A stretch of 64,000 bases of DNA from an uncultured Methanosarcinales archaeon (lineage in GTDB: Archaea > Nanobdellota > Nanobdellia > Woesearchaeales > JACPBV01). The DNA lies in the NCBI GenBank assembly GCA_964609455.1, contig CAZSRD010000005.1:4878-68877 (forward strand). The letters are read 5' to 3'. The position numbers were made by a program, and so were the translations under genes. Shown in pieces: positions 60,313-64,000 of this stretch. Below the pieces are notes generated by a model, which had not been told where the DNA came from, did no database searches, and saw nothing but the letters and a program-made list of their open reading frames with translations. The first letter of the stretch is position 1, and the number at the start of each line of letters is the position of its first letter.

Positions 60313-60849
60313 CTATTTTAAGCAGGAATGGGGCTTGTAGTCCTTCTTAGCTTCTGCTTCATCATTAAACCATACTTGGTTTGCTTTTTTAATCTTCTTT
60401 GCCCAGTCGCATTTTGGAGCATGGTAACTTGTTCCTGTTTTGCTTGCCACAAATTTTCCTGGCTCGAAGTTAGTATAAACTGGCTCTTCTTTTCCAACTT
60501 CTTTCTCTTCCTCTTCTTTTTTAATGTTTAATACAGAAAGTACAAAGCCAAGTGCTGCAAAAAGCAATGTAAATAGGAATGTTACTCCTGTTGTGCCAGT
60601 CTTCATAAAGATAAACAACAGATCAAGTAATATCAATATGAAAACACCGTTTAAAACTCCCCAGCCGCCTTTTGAGCCAGAATATGCTGGGATTAAAGCA
60701 ACAAATGATATGAAAAGCAATAATGCCACAAACAGCAATTCCAAAAGAAAACCTAAGCCTGAGTATCTAAAAATTATTTTTGTAAGGCCTAGAAATACTA
60801 TTAACAATATAAGGTCTGTAATGAAATAGCTTATCTTTGCGTCCCCCAT
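60313..60849 (-). CDS. 4-TM membrane protein with C-terminal Ada-like metal-binding domain
   Basis: FVASKTGTSYHAPKC.WAKKI...YKPHSC. Confidence 0.7.
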   Translation of the reverse strand: MGDAKISYFITDLILLIVFLGLTKIIFRYSGLGFLLELLFVALLLFISFVALIPAYSGSKGGWGVLNGVFILILLDLLFIFMKTGTTGVTFLFTLLFAALGFVLSVLNIKKEEEEKEVGKEEPVYTNFEPGKFVASKTGTSYHAPKCDWAKKIKKANQVWFNDEAEAKKDYKPHSCLK

Positions 60850-60908
60850 TTTATATATTGCTAATGCATAGCTTATATTTAAATATTTCTATTCTGGAGT
60901 GGTGATTT

Positions 60909-61394
60909 TTACTCGAGAGCGTTTATTTTTGCTTCTGGCTTAGGCATCTTTACAAAAGCGACACCTACTTCCTGTAGAAGGTCTTTTGCTGCCTGGTCAG
61001 GGTAATCGCCAAAGGTAACATACCTTTTGATTCTTGCATTAGCCAGCATCTTGGCGCACAATATGCAAGGGGGATGAGTGCAATAGATGGTTGCTCCTTC
61101 TATGTTGACACCATGCAAACCTGCTTGTATTATTGCGTTCTGCTCTGCGTGAATAGCTCTGCATATTTCATGGCGCTCTCCCGAAGGAATATTATTTTGG
61201 TCTCTTAAGCAGCCTAACTCCAGGCAATCCTTAACACCTGCTGCTGCCCCATTATAGCCTGTTGTAAGAATCTGCTTGTCTTTTACAATAACTGCTCCAA
61301 CATGGTGCCTTCTGCATGTTGAGCGCTCTGCTACAAGCATGGCTATCTTTAAGAAATATTCATCCCATGAAGGCCTTTTTATTATATCTGTCAT
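60909..61394 (-). CDS. dCMP deaminase
   Basis: [24 protein letters not shown]; start reassigned to ATG 61394. Confidence 0.92.
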   Translation of the reverse strand: MTDIIKRPSWDEYFLKIAMLVAERSTCRRHHVGAVIVKDKQILTTGYNGAAAGVKDCLELGCLRDQNNIPSGERHEICRAIHAEQNAIIQAGLHGVNIEGATIYCTHPPCILCAKMLANARIKRYVTFGDYPDQAAKDLLQEVGVAFVKMPKPEAKINALE

Positions 61395-61505
61395 TTTGAT
61401 GTGCATAACTTTACTTTTTTCTTTTTGCAAACCAGTTTTTTGTTTTCCAGTTCGCAAACTTCTGCTTCATGCTCTTTACAATCCATCTTTTCTTTTTTGA
61501 CCATT

Positions 61506-61697
61506 TTAACCATTTATCTCCACAAATTTTTCAAAACTTCTTTCATCTGTTCTTGCTATATCTTCCGGAAAGCAGCAGGCAGGCAATTGTTTTAAACCTA
61601 AATGATATTGTAGGCATTCACAGCAAATGCCATGATGAGAACATTCTTTATGCAAGCATGGGCAATTCTCTGCATTTTTCTCTTGTTTACAATCCAT
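61506..61697 (-). CDS. small Cys-rich protein (DUF6485-like)
   Basis: CPC..C..HGICCEC..YH...LPACCF..DERS. Confidence 0.7.
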   Translation of the reverse strand: MDCKQEKNAENCPCLHKECSHHGICCECLQYHLGLKQLPACCFPEDIARTDERSFEKFVEING

Positions 61698-61737
61698 TAT
61701 ATCCCCAACAAAAGGTAAAGAGTGAAGTTTTTAAATG

Positions 61738-62439
61738 TTATGTTCTAATTTCTACTTCATTGATATAATTTTTTAATATTTCTTTGAATTCTTCTAATTC
61801 TTCTTTTTTGAAAGATTCCATAGTCTCGTATTTAGAATCAATCACTTCTTTAGCTGGCTTGAAGTTTTGTATTGCGAATTTTTTAGAGCCTTTAAGCCAT
61901 TCGCCTATCTTTTTTATGTCTTCTTTTTTGTGTAAGCCAGGCACTACTGTGGTTCTGAATTCATAATCTATTCCTGAGTTTTTGATTATGTCAACACTTT
62001 CTTTTATTTCATCAATATTTACTTTACTTGCTGTTGTTTCATCATATTTTTCTAAAGAATTCTTTAGGTCCATTGCTATAAAATCAACTAGCTTTTTATC
62101 TATTAGTTGTTTTAATAGATCTGGGTTAGTTCCGTTTGTGTCAATTTTAACCAGGTAGTTTAGCTCTTTAACTTTTGGCAGGAAATCAAGCAGTTCTTTG
62201 TGCAACAATGGCTCACCGCCTGTTACGCAGATTCCGTCTAACCATTTCTTTTTTTCTTTTAAGAAATTTAAAAGCTCTTCTTCTGAAATTGTTGGCAATG
62301 AATCTGGGTTTAGGACTAAATCTTTATTATGGCAAAAGCCACACCTAAAGTTGCATCTAGGCAAAAATATAGTACAAGCTACTTTATTTGGATAGTCTAC
62401 AAGAGTTGTTTTTTGCAGGCCTTTAATTGACAGGCTCAT
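61738..62439 (-). CDS. nrdG: anaerobic ribonucleotide reductase activating protein (radical SAM)
   Basis: CNFRCGFCHN, TGGEP, YEFRTT; next to nrdD. Confidence 0.93.
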   Translation of the reverse strand: MSLSIKGLQKTTLVDYPNKVACTIFLPRCNFRCGFCHNKDLVLNPDSLPTISEEELLNFLKEKKKWLDGICVTGGEPLLHKELLDFLPKVKELNYLVKIDTNGTNPDLLKQLIDKKLVDFIAMDLKNSLEKYDETTASKVNIDEIKESVDIIKNSGIDYEFRTTVVPGLHKKEDIKKIGEWLKGSKKFAIQNFKPAKEVIDSKYETMESFKKEELEEFKEILKNYINEVEIRT

Positions 62440-62451
62440 AATAAGAAAAAA

Positions 62452-64000
62452 TTAAATAACTTGTTTAATGTCATCTATGTGGTGTGCTACTGTTACCAAC
62501 CTATCATTCTCATCATATAACAATATGGTAGGTATTGGCAGGCTCCCATCATCGTTTCTGTGAATCTTGTCTTTTAATTTTTTATAGACCTCTCTAAACT
62601 CTTTCAATCCTTCGTTTGATCCTAAGTCCACTACGTTCCCTTGTACTTTGTTTATGAGGTATTCTTTTGCTGCAGCACATTTATCGCAATTTGGCAGGGT
62701 AAATATCCTATATCTGCTTATTATGCTATCATTGTTGGAGATTAGCTCTTCGGCCTCTACAGAAGTTGTTCCCCCTTCACTTACAACAGACTCCATCTTT
62801 ATTGTTCCTGTAAGCCCTTTTTGTTCCAGGTACTCAAGTCTATCTTTGAACTCTTCTTTCTTTCCATTGTTCCATTGCCTTATTGGCCTGTAATAGCCGA
62901 CTATTCTCGAATAAACCTCTGTTTCAATACCACATTCAGGGCATTTATAGATTTCTCCTTTGATGTAGCCATGTTCAGGGCAAACACTGAATGTGGGTGT
63001 TATTGAAAAATATGGTAATTGTGTGTTTTCTGCTATTTTTTTGACTAATTGTTTGCATGCTTCTCCTGAACTTAGTTTTTCACCCATGAAAGTATGGAAT
63101 ATTGTCCCTCCCGTATATAATGGCTGTATCTTGTTCTGATGTTCTATTGCTATTATTGGGTCATCTGTGTAATCTACTGGAAGTTGCGTAGAGTTTGTAA
63201 GATAGGGCTCTTTGTCTCCTGCTGTGATTATATCAGGGTACATTTTTTTGTCCAATCTTGCAAGCCTATAAGAAGTAGATTCTGCAGGTGTTGCTTCTAA
63301 GTTATATAGGTTGTCTGTTTCCTGCTGGAACTCAACTAATTTGCCCCTCATAAATTCTAAAACATCAATTGCAAACTGAGTTCCTTCTTTTGTGCTTATA
63401 TCCTTGCCTATAAAATTTAAAGCAGCTTCATTCATTCCGCACAGGCCAATTGTTGAGAAATGGTTCTTGAAAGTTCCTAGGTATATTTTTGTAAAGGGCA
63501 TTAAGCCATTTTTCATATTTTTCTCAACCATAACTCTTTTAATTTCTAAAGAGTTTTTGGCCAAAGTCATATAATAACCTAGTTTTTCAAATAATTCTTC
63601 TTTTGTTTTTGCTTCATAGCCTAACCTATTCATATTCATTGTTACTACGCCTACTGAACCAGTTGCATCTCCTGGGCCCCACATTCCCCCTGGCCTTTTG
63701 ATTAATTGATTTTGGTCAAGATTAAGCCTGCAGCACATTGCCCTGACGCTTTTTGGGTCTAGGCCTGAGCCAACGTAATTCTGGAAATATGGCAAACCAT
63801 ATTTTGCAGTTGCTTCAAATAACAAATTAGCATTTTCAGAGTTCCAGTCAAAACTTTTTGTTAAGTTATATGTTGGGATTGGGAATGTAAATATCCTTCC
63901 CTTGGCATCTCCTTCCAACATTACTTCTAAGAATGCTTTGTTGACCATGTCCATCTCTTTTTGGCAATCTTTGTATGTGAAATCTTGTTTCTTACCACCA
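62452..64000 (-). CDS. nrdD: class III ribonucleotide reductase (5'-truncated by window) with C-terminal glutaredoxin-like domain
   Basis: AMCCRL, EATPAES, Zn ribbon, YSRIVGYY glycyl-radical motif; tail FTLPNCDKC..LPIPTI. Confidence 0.93.
   Translation of the reverse strand, partial: GGKKQDFTYKDCQKEMDMVNKAFLEVMLEGDAKGRIFTFPIPTYNLTKSFDWNSENANLLFEATAKYGLPYFQNYVGSGLDPKSVRAMCCRLNLDQNQLIKRPGGMWGPGDATGSVGVVTMNMNRLGYEAKTKEELFEKLGYYMTLAKNSLEIKRVMVEKNMKNGLMPFTKIYLGTFKNHFSTIGLCGMNEAALNFIGKDISTKEGTQFAIDVLEFMRGKLVEFQQETDNLYNLEATPAESTSYRLARLDKKMYPDIITAGDKEPYLTNSTQLPVDYTDDPIIAIEHQNKIQPLYTGGTIFHTFMGEKLSSGEACKQLVKKIAENTQLPYFSITPTFSVCPEHGYIKGEIYKCPECGIETEVYSRIVGYYRPIRQWNNGKKEEFKDRLEYLEQKGLTGTIKMESVVSEGGTTSVEAEELISNNDSIISRYRIFTLPNCDKCAAAKEYLINKVQGNVVDLGSNEGLKEFREVYKKLKDKIHRNDDGSLPIPTILLYDENDRLVTVAHHIDDIKQVI

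Overview
AT-rich archaeal chromosomal segment. Split rpoB''/B' and rpoA'/A'', archaeal r-proteins and many orphan and secreted genes suggest a DPANN, probably Woesearchaeota-like, organism (inference). 0.3-16 kb is accessory: an MNT-HEPN pair and large secreted multidomain enzymes sharing one C-terminal domain. Core clusters follow (L7Ae-S28e-L24e-ndk-EF2-EF1a-S10; rpoH-B''-B'-A'-A''-L30e-NusA-S12-S7), then housekeeping genes and a class III RNR locus cut by the window end. The most striking signal is two independent cassettes with the same layout: TATA box, orphan tRNA 5' fragment, free-standing LAGLIDADG gene, then a complete tRNA carrying two introns (Tyr at 29 kb, Leu at 54-55 kb). In the Leu cassette the nuclease ORF reads into the tRNA and stops inside a tRNA intron. 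All four tRNAs carry introns (six in total, three non-canonical). Also notable: a G7-frameshifted surface subtilase, tandem K-turns in the L7Ae leader, an unexplained ~167-nt structured element, a bacterial-type LspA and several degenerate enzymes. All calls are by eye; no searches were run.
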